Assembly (NCBI GenBank): GCA_902624575.1
Contig: CACNXV010000002.1
Span: forward strand, 14-64,013
Reading direction: 5' to 3'
Length of the DNA: 64,000 nt
Source: an uncultured Fidelibacterota bacterium
GTDB lineage: Bacteria > Fidelibacterota > Marinisomatia > Marinisomatales > Marinisomataceae
In this document: positions 9,940 through 19,840 of the stretch, in pieces
Layout: each line of letters opens with the position of its first letter
Numbering within the stretch: position 1 is the first letter of the stretch
Translations under genes and position numbers: made by a program
Notes under the pieces: generated by a model
Database searches by the model: none
Told to the model about the DNA's origin: nothing
The model's input: the letters and a program-made list of their open reading frames with translations, nothing else

Positions 9940-10230
9940 ATGATTAAACAGGATATGATAGACAATATTGCAAATTCAACAGGATTAACTAAAGTTGAGG
10001 TTGAAGCTGTAATTAATGAATCTTTCATTGAAATAATTAATGCGTTAAGTAAAAATGAAAATATTGAGCTTAGAGGATTCGGTTCTTTTGCTGTAAAGCA
10101 TAGAATGCCTAAGAAAGCTAGAAATCCAAGAACAGGTGATCCAATATTCTTACCGGAAAGATATGTTCCAGTCTTTAAGCCATCAAAATTGATGAAAGAT
10201 ACAGTAAATAAAAAATTAATTGAATACTAA
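9940..10230 (+). CDS. HU/IHF-family DNA-binding protein
   Basis: 96 aa. The beta-arm signature RGFGSF.V..R..R.ARNPRTG is present. GGAG lies upstream. Confidence 0.85.
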   Translation: MIKQDMIDNIANSTGLTKVEVEAVINESFIEIINALSKNENIELRGFGSFAVKHRMPKKARNPRTGDPIFLPERYVPVFKPSKLMKDTVNKKLIEY

Positions 10231-10241
10231 GGGAGACAATT

Positions 10242-10337
10242 ATGCCTTGTGGTAAAAAAAGAAAAAAAAGAAAAATGAATACTCATAAGCGTAAAAAGCG
10301 TTTAAGAGCTGATAGACATAAGAAAAAAAATAAATAA
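10242..10337 (+). CDS. 31-aa Lys/Arg-rich peptide, bS22-like (AURKAIP1/COX24-type) putative small ribosomal protein
   Basis: Not in the ORF track because it is too short. Hand translation: MPCGKKRKKRKMNTHKRKKRLRADRHKKKNK. GGGAG lies 7 nt upstream of the ATG. From memory it closely resembles the MPSGKKRKRHKM.THKRKKR.R..RHK peptides of Bacteroidota annotated as bS22. Confidence 0.55.
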   Translation: MPCGKKRKKRKMNTHKRKKRLRADRHKKKNK

Positions 10338-10345
10338 TTAGTATT

Positions 10346-11212
10346 ATGCAAATAAAAAGTTTTGCCATATGGGCTAATGCAGATAAAAAGCAAGTCCCAG
10401 AACTTGTAAGCAAGACAGTTAGATGGGCTGAAAAAAATAATTTGAATGTCCACTTACCTGCCAAATTAAAAAGCATAGCTAGCTCCGAAAATGTATCATT
10501 TTATGAACCCAATGAACCTCCCTTGGTTGATTTTTTACTTTGTTTTGGTGGAGATGGTACTCTTATAGCAGGAGTAAGAATCTTTAATAACCATAATGTA
10601 CCTATTCTTGGTGTACATCTAGGTGGACTTGGTTTTCTAGCTCAAATTACTTCCGATGTATTATTGGAAAAGTTAGATGCTATAAAGAATAATGACTTTA
10701 AGATTCAAGATAGACTAATACTTTCAGCTGAAGTCTCAAATGATAATCAAAAATATTATGCGATTAATGACTTTGTTGTTCAAAATGAGATATCATTCAG
10801 AGTCACTTCATTATCGTTATATGTAAATGATAAACATGTGAGTGATTACAAATCTGATGGTATTATAATTAGTAGTCCAACTGGTTCGACAGCTTATTCA
10901 TTGTCATCTGGTGGCCCAATTGTTCAGCCTGATGTTTTTTCAATTGTTATCACACCAATAGCACCTCACTCTTTAACCTCAAGACCACTTGTTTTACCAC
11001 CTGATGTCGAAGTTGAATTTAGATTTTCTGAAGAAAGCGAAGAAAATTTAAATTTGATTGTTGATGGTCAAAATATTATAAAATTTTCTAAAAAATCTAA
11101 GGTTATGTTGAGGCAAGCTAAACACCAATTAAAATTTATAACTTTTAAAGATTATGATTATTATAAAACGCTTAAATCTAAAATGGTTTGGGGTAGAAGA
11201 GGGAATAAATAG
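10346..11212 (+). CDS. nadK: NAD+ kinase
   Basis: 288 aa. GGDGT(L) motif, NDFV and SSPTGSTAYSLSSGGPI motifs. Confidence 0.9.
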   Translation: MQIKSFAIWANADKKQVPELVSKTVRWAEKNNLNVHLPAKLKSIASSENVSFYEPNEPPLVDFLLCFGGDGTLIAGVRIFNNHNVPILGVHLGGLGFLAQITSDVLLEKLDAIKNNDFKIQDRLILSAEVSNDNQKYYAINDFVVQNEISFRVTSLSLYVNDKHVSDYKSDGIIISSPTGSTAYSLSSGGPIVQPDVFSIVITPIAPHSLTSRPLVLPPDVEVEFRFSEESEENLNLIVDGQNIIKFSKKSKVMLRQAKHQLKFITFKDYDYYKTLKSKMVWGRRGNK

Positions 11213-11220
11213 GAGATAGT

Positions 11221-12564
11221 ATGTCAAAAGAAATTTCATTAAACAAAATTAGTGATTTAACGAAAAAACTTTCGAATGATAAACATATAAAAATTTTAAG
11301 AAATGCCATGATAAGGACTGATTCAAATGAATTATCGATGAACTGGGATGAATATAGAAAAATAGATCATTCATTTTCAAACGTTATCACAGGAGAAATG
11401 CCTGCAACAAATCAAAAATCTAGTGGAAGATGTTGGGGTTTTGCAGGATTAAATCTTTTCAGGGTTTATCTTGGTAGAAAACATAATCTTAAAAATTTTG
11501 AGTTTTCTCAGAGTTATTTTATGTTTTGGGATAAGCTTGAAAAAGCAAATTACTTTTTAGAATCGATAATTGATACAATCAGTGAGAAATCAGATTCAAG
11601 AATCGTCATGCACTTATTGAGTTATCCTCTAGAAGATGGTGGTCAATGGGATATGTGGGTAAACTTAATCAATAAATATGGTGTTTTACCTCAAACAGAA
11701 ATGTCTGAATCATTTTCAACAAGCCAGTCTGCACAAATGAATAAAATGATTTCAAATAAATTAAGAGAATATGCTTCAGAGCTTAGAAATTTCCACAAAA
11801 ATGGTGAGTCATTAGAAAAATTGAGAGAGCTAAAAGACAAAATGATCGGAGAAGTATTTAAAATGCTTTCAATGCATATTGGAACTCCTCCTCAAACTTT
11901 TGACTGGCAAGTAAGAAACAAGGATAAAAAGTTTTTGAGGTTTGAAAACCTTACACCACAGTCTTTCTTCAAGGAACATGTTGCACTGAATTTAGAAGAC
12001 TATGTGTGTTTAATTAATTGTCCTATGAAAGATAAAGAATATAATAAGGTTTATACTGTTGAACATCTTGGAAATGTCATTGAGGGTAGAAATATTAGAT
12101 ACTTAAATGTTACAAGCAAAGAAATGAAAGATGCATCTATAAAGTCAATTAAAGATGATAATCCAGTTTGGTTTGGATGTGATGTTGGAAAATATTTTCA
12201 TAGAAATCTTGGAGTAATGGATACCAATCTCTTTGATTATAATTCTTTTTATGATTCTGAATTCAAAATGAATAAGGCTCAAAGATTAGAGTATGGTCAG
12301 AGCATGATGACACATGCTATGCTATTTACTGGAGTTGACCTTGATAAAAAAGGTAATCCTGTTAAATGGAGAGTAGAAAATAGCTGGGGGAAAAAGGGTG
12401 GAAATAAAGGGTATCATATTATGACTGATGATTGGTTTGATGAGTATAATTATGAAGTAGTTGTTCATAAAGACTTTATTTCAAAAGAATTAAATGATTT
12501 ATTCGACAATGAAGAAGCTATCCCATTAAAACCATGGGATCCAATGGGTGCTTTAGCAAAATAA
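11221..12564 (+). CDS. pepC: aminopeptidase C / bleomycin hydrolase-type C1 cysteine peptidase
   Basis: 447 aa. Catalytic Cys context QK.SGRCW.FA.LN and C-terminal HAM...G/ENSWG motifs. AGGAG lies upstream. Confidence 0.85.
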   Translation: MSKEISLNKISDLTKKLSNDKHIKILRNAMIRTDSNELSMNWDEYRKIDHSFSNVITGEMPATNQKSSGRCWGFAGLNLFRVYLGRKHNLKNFEFSQSYFMFWDKLEKANYFLESIIDTISEKSDSRIVMHLLSYPLEDGGQWDMWVNLINKYGVLPQTEMSESFSTSQSAQMNKMISNKLREYASELRNFHKNGESLEKLRELKDKMIGEVFKMLSMHIGTPPQTFDWQVRNKDKKFLRFENLTPQSFFKEHVALNLEDYVCLINCPMKDKEYNKVYTVEHLGNVIEGRNIRYLNVTSKEMKDASIKSIKDDNPVWFGCDVGKYFHRNLGVMDTNLFDYNSFYDSEFKMNKAQRLEYGQSMMTHAMLFTGVDLDKKGNPVKWRVENSWGKKGGNKGYHIMTDDWFDEYNYEVVVHKDFISKELNDLFDNEEAIPLKPWDPMGALAK

Positions 12565-12567
12565 TGT

Positions 12568-13065
12568 ATGGATACTCTAAGCCATGCTCTTTGGGGTAAA
12601 GGATTATTTGGATTTAGAGGATCATCAAAATTAGCAATTTTCTTTGGAATAATGCCTGATCTGGTATCTTTTGGTCTTCTATTCATTGTAAAATTTTTTT
12701 CTGGGGATTTAAATTATAAAGGACCATTAACACTTGATAGCTTAGAACAATTAAAACCCTACCCAGAATGGCTTTTTTTTATGGACAACCTATCTCATAG
12801 CTTCATTATATGCTTTCTTTTTATTGGTATAACATATTTTTTTAAAAAGGAAATTGTTTGGCCAATGTTAGCTTGGCCTTTTCATATAATTTTAGATTTT
12901 CCTTTTCATACAAAGGATTTTTTTCCTGTAAAAATATTTTGGCCGTTTTCAAATTATCATTATGATGGAGTTTCATGGTCTAGCCCTGAAGTTTGGATCC
13001 CTAATTGTGCTGGACTAATTTTGCTATTTATGTATAGGTATAATAAAAAATTATTTAAGTCTTAA
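12568..13065 (+). CDS. small polytopic membrane protein, possibly of the DUF457/YbcI-type metal-dependent hydrolase family
   Basis: 165 aa. N-terminal MDTLSHALWG, several hydrophobic helices, scattered His residues. Family assignment is tentative. Confidence 0.45.
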   Translation: MDTLSHALWGKGLFGFRGSSKLAIFFGIMPDLVSFGLLFIVKFFSGDLNYKGPLTLDSLEQLKPYPEWLFFMDNLSHSFIICFLFIGITYFFKKEIVWPMLAWPFHIILDFPFHTKDFFPVKIFWPFSNYHYDGVSWSSPEVWIPNCAGLILLFMYRYNKKLFKS

Positions 13066-13965
13066 AATTGACGTAAATAAATTTTTTATAATGTAACCAG
13101 CCATCTTTGGATTTTCTTTCAACCTTCTAACAGAATAGTCATACCAGTTTTCTCCATAAGGCAGGTAAACTCTTACCTTATTACCATCCTTTAAAAGCTG
13201 ATTAAGTTTTCTTTTCATTGGAACTCCATGTAAGACCTGAAATTCATATTTATCTTTTGAAATATTTTTTTCTCTGAGCCAATGATAGATTTCATCTATA
13301 AGAAATTCATCATGTGTTGCAATACCCACATAAGAACCACTTTTAATACTTTCTTTTACTAAATCGATGAAACTTTCTCTAATTGCATTGTAATCTTTTA
13401 TAGCTAACTCATCTTTTTCAACATAAATCCCTTTGCATATTCTTACATTAAAGTCATTATTTGATAATTCTTTGATATCATTCATTGATCTTTTTAAATA
13501 CGACTGAATAACAACACCAATTTTAGAATATCTTTTTTTCATCATTTTATATAATCTAATTGTGTGGTCCGTGTAAGGAGTATTTTCCATATCTAGCCTA
13601 AGAAAATTATTATTTTTTTGAGCTGCATCAATAATATTTGATAAGTTTTTTATAACAAAATCTTCACCAAGGTCTTGCCCTATATGTGTAAGTTTGATTG
13701 ATATATTAGCCGAAAGATTATGACTAGCAATTTCATCATAGAGTTTTGAATATCTTTGTGTTACTTCAATTGCTTCTTCTTTTGTATCTACATGTTCTCC
13801 AAGAATATCAATAGCAACATCAAAACCTTTATCATTTAAATTCTTTACATTCTTTAACATTTCTTCATCCGAAATACCTGCAATGTAAGGAGACGCTACA
13901 ATCCTTACAAAAAACTTTGGTAAAAAAGGAATGATTTGAATTATTAATTTATTTATTAACTTCAT
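13051..13965 (-). CDS. monofunctional proline dehydrogenase
   Basis: 304 aa. Beta-8-alpha-8 PRODH pattern (ISIKLT.IG, RLDME...YTD.T, GVVIQSYLKRS, VRICKG.Y, QVLHGV, YLPYG..WY.Y..RRL.ENP). One of only two - strand genes. Its 3' end overlaps the convergent upstream gene by 15 nt. Confidence 0.8.
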   Translation of the reverse strand: MKLINKLIIQIIPFLPKFFVRIVASPYIAGISDEEMLKNVKNLNDKGFDVAIDILGEHVDTKEEAIEVTQRYSKLYDEIASHNLSANISIKLTHIGQDLGEDFVIKNLSNIIDAAQKNNNFLRLDMENTPYTDHTIRLYKMMKKRYSKIGVVIQSYLKRSMNDIKELSNNDFNVRICKGIYVEKDELAIKDYNAIRESFIDLVKESIKSGSYVGIATHDEFLIDEIYHWLREKNISKDKYEFQVLHGVPMKRKLNQLLKDGNKVRVYLPYGENWYDYSVRRLKENPKMAGYIIKNLFTSILRLK

Positions 13966-13995
13966 GCTTTATAAATTTAATAAATAAACTAAAAA

Positions 13996-15204
13996 ATGAA
14001 AGTAGTATTAATAATAGGTGGTGCAGTATCAGGATCTACGGCAGCGAATAAATTAATCGATGCGGGGATTCGTTCTGTTGTTATTGAGCAAAATAAAATG
14101 CCATATGGTAAAATTGAAGATGGTCTACCAAGGTGGCATGACAAGCAAAGATCTGGTGAATATGATAAAATTGATGAGATAATATCTAACGATTTAGTTG
14201 ATTATGTACCATTGACAAAATTAGGGACTGACATTTCTTTTGATGAAGTTTTAAATATGGGCTGGAGTTGCGTTTATTTTGCAAATGGAGCGTGGAAAGA
14301 CAGACCTTTTCCAATAACAGAAATTGAAAAGTTTGATAATTTTCATTATCAAAATCCATACGTTTATTGGTTCAACCACTATCATGAAAAAAGTTACAAC
14401 GGTAAACAGGTACAAGTTGTTGATAATGCTTTAGTAATTGGTGGTGGCTTAGCTTCAATTGATGTTTGTAAGATTACTCAGATGGAACTTGTTCGACAAA
14501 AAGTAGAATCAAAAATTGATAACTTTGATATTGTGGAGATGGAGCATAAAGGAATACCTAAGTATTTATCTGAGCATAATATTGATTATGATAGCTTAGG
14601 TATTACTGGTACAACATTAATTTATAGAAGAAATATAGATAATATGCCGATTACAACAATTCCCGATGGGCTGGATAAGGAAATGGTTAATAAAAGAAAA
14701 GCGGCAAGAAGAAAAGTCCTAAGCAATATGCAAGATAAATATCTTTTTAAAGTTTCAGAGTGTACTCAACCAGTCGACATTGTTGTTGAAAATGATAAAT
14801 TGACTGGAATAAAAACTATAACAAATGAGGTTGTTGATGGAAATCTTGTTCCAGTGAAAAATTCTGAAAAAATTATTAACGCTGACTTATTTATTAGTTC
14901 AATTGGCAGTCTACCAGAACCTATCAAAGGTGTCCCTATGAATGGATCAACATATGATATAGTAGATCAAGAATCCGGAAAGTTTAATGAACTTGAGAAA
15001 GTCCATGGAATGGGAAATGCAATCACTGGTCAAGGTAATATTAAAGCATCTAGAGTAAGCGCAAAAACAGTCGGTGATTTAACAATAGATTTAATCAATG
15101 ATATTGATGAAGATACAGTTGCTAATATTGATGTAAAAGTCAAACAATGGCAGGCAAAATCTTCATATGATGGAGACTATTTTTCTTGGAAAGAAAAAAA
15201 ATAG
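13996..15204 (+). CDS. FAD/NAD(P)H-dependent oxidoreductase, resembling the GltD small subunit or adrenodoxin reductase
   Basis: 402 aa. N-terminal dinucleotide-binding fold (VVLIIGGAVSGSTAA) and a second one (ALVIGGGLASIDVCK) resembling GltD/FprA-type enzymes. No Fe-S Cys cluster is evident. Confidence 0.6.
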   Translation: MKVVLIIGGAVSGSTAANKLIDAGIRSVVIEQNKMPYGKIEDGLPRWHDKQRSGEYDKIDEIISNDLVDYVPLTKLGTDISFDEVLNMGWSCVYFANGAWKDRPFPITEIEKFDNFHYQNPYVYWFNHYHEKSYNGKQVQVVDNALVIGGGLASIDVCKITQMELVRQKVESKIDNFDIVEMEHKGIPKYLSEHNIDYDSLGITGTTLIYRRNIDNMPITTIPDGLDKEMVNKRKAARRKVLSNMQDKYLFKVSECTQPVDIVVENDKLTGIKTITNEVVDGNLVPVKNSEKIINADLFISSIGSLPEPIKGVPMNGSTYDIVDQESGKFNELEKVHGMGNAITGQGNIKASRVSAKTVGDLTIDLINDIDEDTVANIDVKVKQWQAKSSYDGDYFSWKEKK

Positions 15205-15291
15205 TTTTTTTGTAATAATTTTATAGAAACCAATAATCTTTTTTATTATTTTCACGTGTCGAAATTAATAGTTTTAAATACCTAAGAGTGA

Positions 15292-16620
15292 ATGCATAAA
15301 ATAAAAGTTAATAAAGGCCATAATATCAACATTTCTGGATTATCATCTAGAGAATATTCTGGTGCACAAAATAATAAGTTTGTTTCAATCACACCTCTGG
15401 ATTTTAATTATATAAAGCCAAAGATGATTGTTAAAGAAAATGACATTGTAAAAATGGGCGACCCTATTTTTTTCGACAAGCTAAATCCTGAAATTAAATG
15501 GCCATCTATAGCATCTGGAAAGATTTCAAAAATTGAATTAGGAGAAAGAAGAGCAATACAAAAAATAATTATTGAGATCGACAAAAATGAAGAATCAAAG
15601 ATAGTACCTTCTAAAGTAGACCTTTCATCTAGAGAGCAAGTCAAAGATTTTATATCAAGTAAAAATATGTGGCCTTTTATAACTCAAAGACCATTTAATA
15701 AAGTTGTCAATCCTAGTGATAATCCAAAGTCTATAATTGTAAGCCTTGTTAATTCGGCTCCATTAAGTACTGATCTTTCATTTACTTTAGATTCTCAAAG
15801 TGAATACGTTATTGCGGCATTATCAAAGCTGAAAAAATTAACTGATGGAAAATTATATGTTGCTGTAAATAAGAATGAATTTTCATATTTATCTTCCTTA
15901 GACTTTGTTGAAGTAGTTGAGGTTGAAGGTCCTCATCCTGCTGGAAATATTGGAGTTATTTTAAATAAAATCGATCCAATTAATGCAAATGAAGTAGTAT
16001 GGACTGTTAAAGGATTTCATTTACCAATGTTAGGAAAACTATTTTCAAAAGGATATTTTGATCCTTCTATCTCAATTAATATTGCTGGACCAGCAGTTAA
16101 GCCAACTTATGTAAAGTCACGTTTAGGCTCTAGTTTTGCTCCTTTAAAGAATAATCTAATTATAGATAATGTAAGAGTAATATCTGGAGATGTATTAACA
16201 GGAAAGCAAGTTTCGATCGACGGTTTTTTAGGTTTTTATCATTCTATGTTTTCAATTATAGAAGAATCTTTTGAAAGACCTTTCATTGGATGGTTGCATC
16301 CAGGAGGAAAATCAAAGTATAGTGTTTTCAATGCATACTTTGGTTCTAATAAGAAATCATTTAATTTTACAACTTTACAAAATGGTAGCAATAGAGCATT
16401 TGTTCCAATTGATGCATGGGAAAAGGTTTTTCCTATGGATATTCATATCAATGCACTTGCTAGAAGCATAGAAGCAAACGATATTGATGAAATGGAGCAA
16501 CTTGGGATATATGAATGCGATGAAGAGGATGTAGCTCTATGTTCTTTCGTTTGTCCAAGCAAATCAGATGTGGGTTCAATTATAAGAAGGGGTTTAGATA
16601 CAATTTATTTTGACCAATAA
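15292..16620 (+). CDS. nqrA: Na+-translocating NADH:quinone oxidoreductase subunit A
   Basis: 442 aa. NqrA-like N-terminus (I.V.KG..I.I.G) and position at the head of the nqrA-F operon. Confidence 0.9.
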   Translation: MHKIKVNKGHNINISGLSSREYSGAQNNKFVSITPLDFNYIKPKMIVKENDIVKMGDPIFFDKLNPEIKWPSIASGKISKIELGERRAIQKIIIEIDKNEESKIVPSKVDLSSREQVKDFISSKNMWPFITQRPFNKVVNPSDNPKSIIVSLVNSAPLSTDLSFTLDSQSEYVIAALSKLKKLTDGKLYVAVNKNEFSYLSSLDFVEVVEVEGPHPAGNIGVILNKIDPINANEVVWTVKGFHLPMLGKLFSKGYFDPSISINIAGPAVKPTYVKSRLGSSFAPLKNNLIIDNVRVISGDVLTGKQVSIDGFLGFYHSMFSIIEESFERPFIGWLHPGGKSKYSVFNAYFGSNKKSFNFTTLQNGSNRAFVPIDAWEKVFPMDIHINALARSIEANDIDEMEQLGIYECDEEDVALCSFVCPSKSDVGSIIRRGLDTIYFDQ

Positions 16621-16622
16621 CT

Positions 16623-17828
16623 ATGAATATATTAAGAAAAATATTTAGTGAAACAGGAAAGTTTGTTGAGAAGGGTAAGCCATTATCTTGGGCATATCCG
16701 TTGTGGGAGGCAGCTGACACTATATTCTTTTCTACAAATAAGCAAACTAGTAATGGTCCTCATATTAGAGATAATATGGATATTAAAAGAACGATGTTTT
16801 TCGTTGTAATTGCTTTAATACCATGCTATGTCTTTGGAGCATATAATATTGGATATCTTAACTCTCTTGCTTTGGGCATTGAAAAGGGTATTATTGCAAA
16901 TACTATCTTTGGACTTTATTATGTTTTACCTATTCTCATAATTACTTTTATTGCTGGAGCAATATGTGAAATAACATTCGCAATTGTTAGAAAGCATGAA
17001 GTAAATGAAGGGTTTTTAGTTTCATGTGCATTAATTCCACTTACAATGCCTCCCGATGTTCCATTATGGCAAGTATTTGTTGGCACAAGTTTTGGTATAA
17101 TTATTGGTAAGGAAATTTTTGGAGGAGTCGGTACAAATATTTTTAATCCTGCTTTAACTTCAAGAGCATTTATGTACTTTGCATTTCCCACAAAGATTTC
17201 TGGAGATAAGGTATGGACTGTCGGACCTGATGGATATTCAGGGGCGACAGCTTTAGCAGTACCTGCTAACCCAGCAGAGTATGATACTGCATCTAACTTA
17301 TACGCCAATGTTTCACAATTTGACTATTCAAACCTGAATCTTTTCTGGGGATTAATTCCTGGATCTATCGGTGAAACAAATAAGTTGTTAATTCTTTTAG
17401 GTGCCTTTTTTCTAATTTATTGTGGTATAGCATCATGGAGAATTATGGTCTCATGTGTAATTGGTTTAGTTTTTACAGCGGTTCTTTTTAATTTATTAAG
17501 TATGTTTACAGTTGAAGGTATTTTAGCGTCTGGGGGCACTCCAAATGCAATGTTAACTCTAACCCCTTTACAGCATATATTATTAGGAAGCTTTTTATTT
17601 GGAACAGTGTTTATGGCAACAGAGCCAGTCACATCTTCTCATACCAATACTGGTAGATGGATTTATGGATTCTTGATTGGGGTTTTGACTGTAATTATTC
17701 GTTCAATTAACCCTGCATATCCAGAAGGAGTTTTCTTGGCTATTCTTATAATGAATATGTTTGCTCCACTAATAGACTATTATGTCGTTCAGTCAAATAT
17801 AAAAATGAGGTTAAGTAGAAATGCATAG
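16623..17828 (+). CDS. nqrB: Na+-NQR subunit B
   Basis: 401 aa, polytopic. GPHIRD motif and FMN-attachment motif GYSGATAL. Confidence 0.93.
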   Translation: MNILRKIFSETGKFVEKGKPLSWAYPLWEAADTIFFSTNKQTSNGPHIRDNMDIKRTMFFVVIALIPCYVFGAYNIGYLNSLALGIEKGIIANTIFGLYYVLPILIITFIAGAICEITFAIVRKHEVNEGFLVSCALIPLTMPPDVPLWQVFVGTSFGIIIGKEIFGGVGTNIFNPALTSRAFMYFAFPTKISGDKVWTVGPDGYSGATALAVPANPAEYDTASNLYANVSQFDYSNLNLFWGLIPGSIGETNKLLILLGAFFLIYCGIASWRIMVSCVIGLVFTAVLFNLLSMFTVEGILASGGTPNAMLTLTPLQHILLGSFLFGTVFMATEPVTSSHTNTGRWIYGFLIGVLTVIIRSINPAYPEGVFLAILIMNMFAPLIDYYVVQSNIKMRLSRNA

Positions 17829-18576
17829 TAATAATTATACACTGGGATTTGTTTTTATAGTAACTATTATTTTAGGCTCAATGTTATCTTTTACCAAGGA
17901 TAGCATTAAGGATTTGCAGGAAGAGAATTTAAAAGCAGATGTCCAAAAGACTATTCTTAGATCTTTAAAGTTTGATGAAAGTTTACTTCAAACTAATGAG
18001 CTTATTGAACAAACATTTAAAAGCTATATTGATGCAAAATGTGTAAATATTGAAGGCGTTATAGTTGAATGCGCTATTGAAGAAATTGATATTGAGAAAA
18101 ACGTGGATGTTCTTCCAGTATATATAAGGAAAGATAATAATGAAATTAAGGGAATAGCATTACCTGTTGCTGGAAAAGGATTGTGGTCTACAATATTTGG
18201 CTATATTGCATTAAATCCAGATACAGATTCAGTTCTTGGAATACAATTTTATAAACATGGTGAGACACCTGGTTTAGGTGGTGAAGTTGAAAAGAAATGG
18301 TTTACTGATAATTTTATAAATCATCCACAGGAAGATTCAAGTGGTTCAATTACTTACGTACCAAAGAAAATAAGAGATTCTAATGGAAAGATTGTAAGCA
18401 TCAAAGTTGTAAAAGGTGGTGTTGATTACTCAGATAGCAATATGGAGTCTATCCATCAAGTTGATGGAATTTCAGGAGCAACGGTAACAGCAGATGGTGT
18501 TACAGATTTTTTACTTGAAGATTTATTAAGATATGAAAAGACTTTAGATAAAATAAGAGATTATGGAACTATTTAA
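17821..18576 (+). CDS. nqrC: Na+-NQR subunit C
   Basis: 251 aa. Single N-terminal TM helix, [14 protein letters not shown], and FMN-attachment motif DGISGATVT. Confidence 0.92.
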   Translation: MHSNNYTLGFVFIVTIILGSMLSFTKDSIKDLQEENLKADVQKTILRSLKFDESLLQTNELIEQTFKSYIDAKCVNIEGVIVECAIEEIDIEKNVDVLPVYIRKDNNEIKGIALPVAGKGLWSTIFGYIALNPDTDSVLGIQFYKHGETPGLGGEVEKKWFTDNFINHPQEDSSGSITYVPKKIRDSNGKIVSIKVVKGGVDYSDSNMESIHQVDGISGATVTADGVTDFLLEDLLRYEKTLDKIRDYGTI

Positions 18577-19216
18577 TTCAGAATCAAAAAAAATAATTAG
18601 CGACCCGATTAATGTCAATAATCCAATATCTTTACAAGTGCTTGGTATTTGTTCTGCCTTAGCAGTTACAATTAGATTAGATCAGGCAATTATAATGACG
18701 CTAGCCGTAATTTTTGTTTTGTGTTCTTCAAATGTTATTTTATCAATTATAAGAAACTACATACCTAATCGAGTTCGAATTGTAATTATGTTATCTGTGA
18801 TTGCGTCATTGGTATCAGTGGTAGATGAGCTTTTAAAAGCTTATTTATATGATATGAGTAAGCAACTATCAGTATTTGTTGGTTTGATAATTACTAATTG
18901 TATAATAATGGGTAGAGCAGAAGCTTTTGCCTTAAAAAATGGCCCTTCTAAAGCGTTTTTGGATGGGATAGGTAATGGTTTTGGATATGGTTTAATAATT
19001 ATTATTGTATCTTTTTTTAGAGAATTATTTGGAGCAGGTACTATTACTTTACCAGATGGTGGTGCTGGCTACGTACTTTGGAGAATACCAGAGTCGTGGT
19101 ACGCAGCAGGATATGAAAACATTGGACTTTTAGTTTTATCTCCTGGAGCTTTCATCATCTTAGGTTTAGTAATATGGGTTCAAAGAGAAATGGCTGGTGT
19201 TGAGGAGGATGCTTAA
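18563..19216 (+). CDS. nqrD: Na+-NQR subunit D
   Basis: 217 aa, polytopic. LG.CSALAVT and [12 protein letters not shown] motifs. Confidence 0.92.
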   Translation: MELFNSESKKIISDPINVNNPISLQVLGICSALAVTIRLDQAIIMTLAVIFVLCSSNVILSIIRNYIPNRVRIVIMLSVIASLVSVVDELLKAYLYDMSKQLSVFVGLIITNCIIMGRAEAFALKNGPSKAFLDGIGNGFGYGLIIIIVSFFRELFGAGTITLPDGGAGYVLWRIPESWYAAGYENIGLLVLSPGAFIILGLVIWVQREMAGVEEDA

Positions 19217-19840
19217 ATGACTGGTTTAGAACATTATTTAAGTATATTTACAAAAGCTGTTTTCATTGAAAACATTGTTTTAGCATATTTTTTAGGATTA
19301 TGCTCATTTTTAGCAATTTCAAAAAAAATTGATGCCTCTGTAGGTATCGGCATGGCAGTAATTGTTGTCTTGACAATTACAGCCCCAATTAATTGGGTAC
19401 TTTGGGAATTTTTATTAGCAAAAGGTGCTCTAGTTTGGATAAGTGAAGATTTTGCGAACACAGATTTAGGATTTTTAAAACTTATTGTATTTATTTCTGT
19501 TATTGCTGCTATGGTACAACTGGTTGAAATGTTTATGGAAAGATTTTCGCAATCTTTGTATAATAGTCTGGGGATTTTCTTACCTCTGATAGCTGTAAAT
19601 TGTTCAATTTTAGGTGGATCGTTATTTATGGTAGAAAGAGAGTATACAATTTCAGAAACAGTTGTATATGGATTTGGTTCAGGCGTAGGATTCTTTCTAG
19701 CAATTGTAGCTCTTGCTTCAATAAGATACAGAATAAGATATTCAAACATCCCTCCAAGATTAAGGGGTGTTGGAATGGCAATGTTGTTAACTGGTTTATT
19801 ATCAATGGCCTTCATGGCCTTTTCGGGGATTGACTTATAA
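19217..19840 (+). CDS. nqrE: Na+-NQR subunit E
   Basis: 207 aa, polytopic. LG.CSFLA and AVNC.ILGG motifs, paralogous to NqrD. Confidence 0.92.
   Translation: MTGLEHYLSIFTKAVFIENIVLAYFLGLCSFLAISKKIDASVGIGMAVIVVLTITAPINWVLWEFLLAKGALVWISEDFANTDLGFLKLIVFISVIAAMVQLVEMFMERFSQSLYNSLGIFLPLIAVNCSILGGSLFMVEREYTISETVVYGFGSGVGFFLAIVALASIRYRIRYSNIPPRLRGVGMAMLLTGLLSMAFMAFSGIDL

Noticed and set aside
10251-10330. Long poly-A tracts (A7, A8, A8) in the HU-family gene/nadK spacer, considered as a phase-variable homopolymer or a simple low-complexity spacer.
   Set aside because: The tracts are better explained as Lys/Arg codons of the SD-preceded bS22-like micro-ORF. Slippage remains possible but cannot be assessed from a single sequence.
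16271-16471. Same-strand alternative-frame ORFs inside nqrA, nqrE/F, ftsH and lolE (16271-16471, 19600-19833, 19961-20167, 20309-20521, 39580-39762, 47654-47845).
   Set aside because: They are embedded out of frame within well-supported genes and have no independent evidence. I cannot exclude overprinting, but nothing supports it.
19234-19815. 193-aa ORF on the - strand, antisense to nqrE.
   Set aside because: It lies entirely within the strongly supported nqrE coding sequence. Its product is low-complexity with no recognisable motif. It is a typical shadow ORF in AT-rich DNA, where stop codons are depleted in the antisense frame of a membrane-protein gene.
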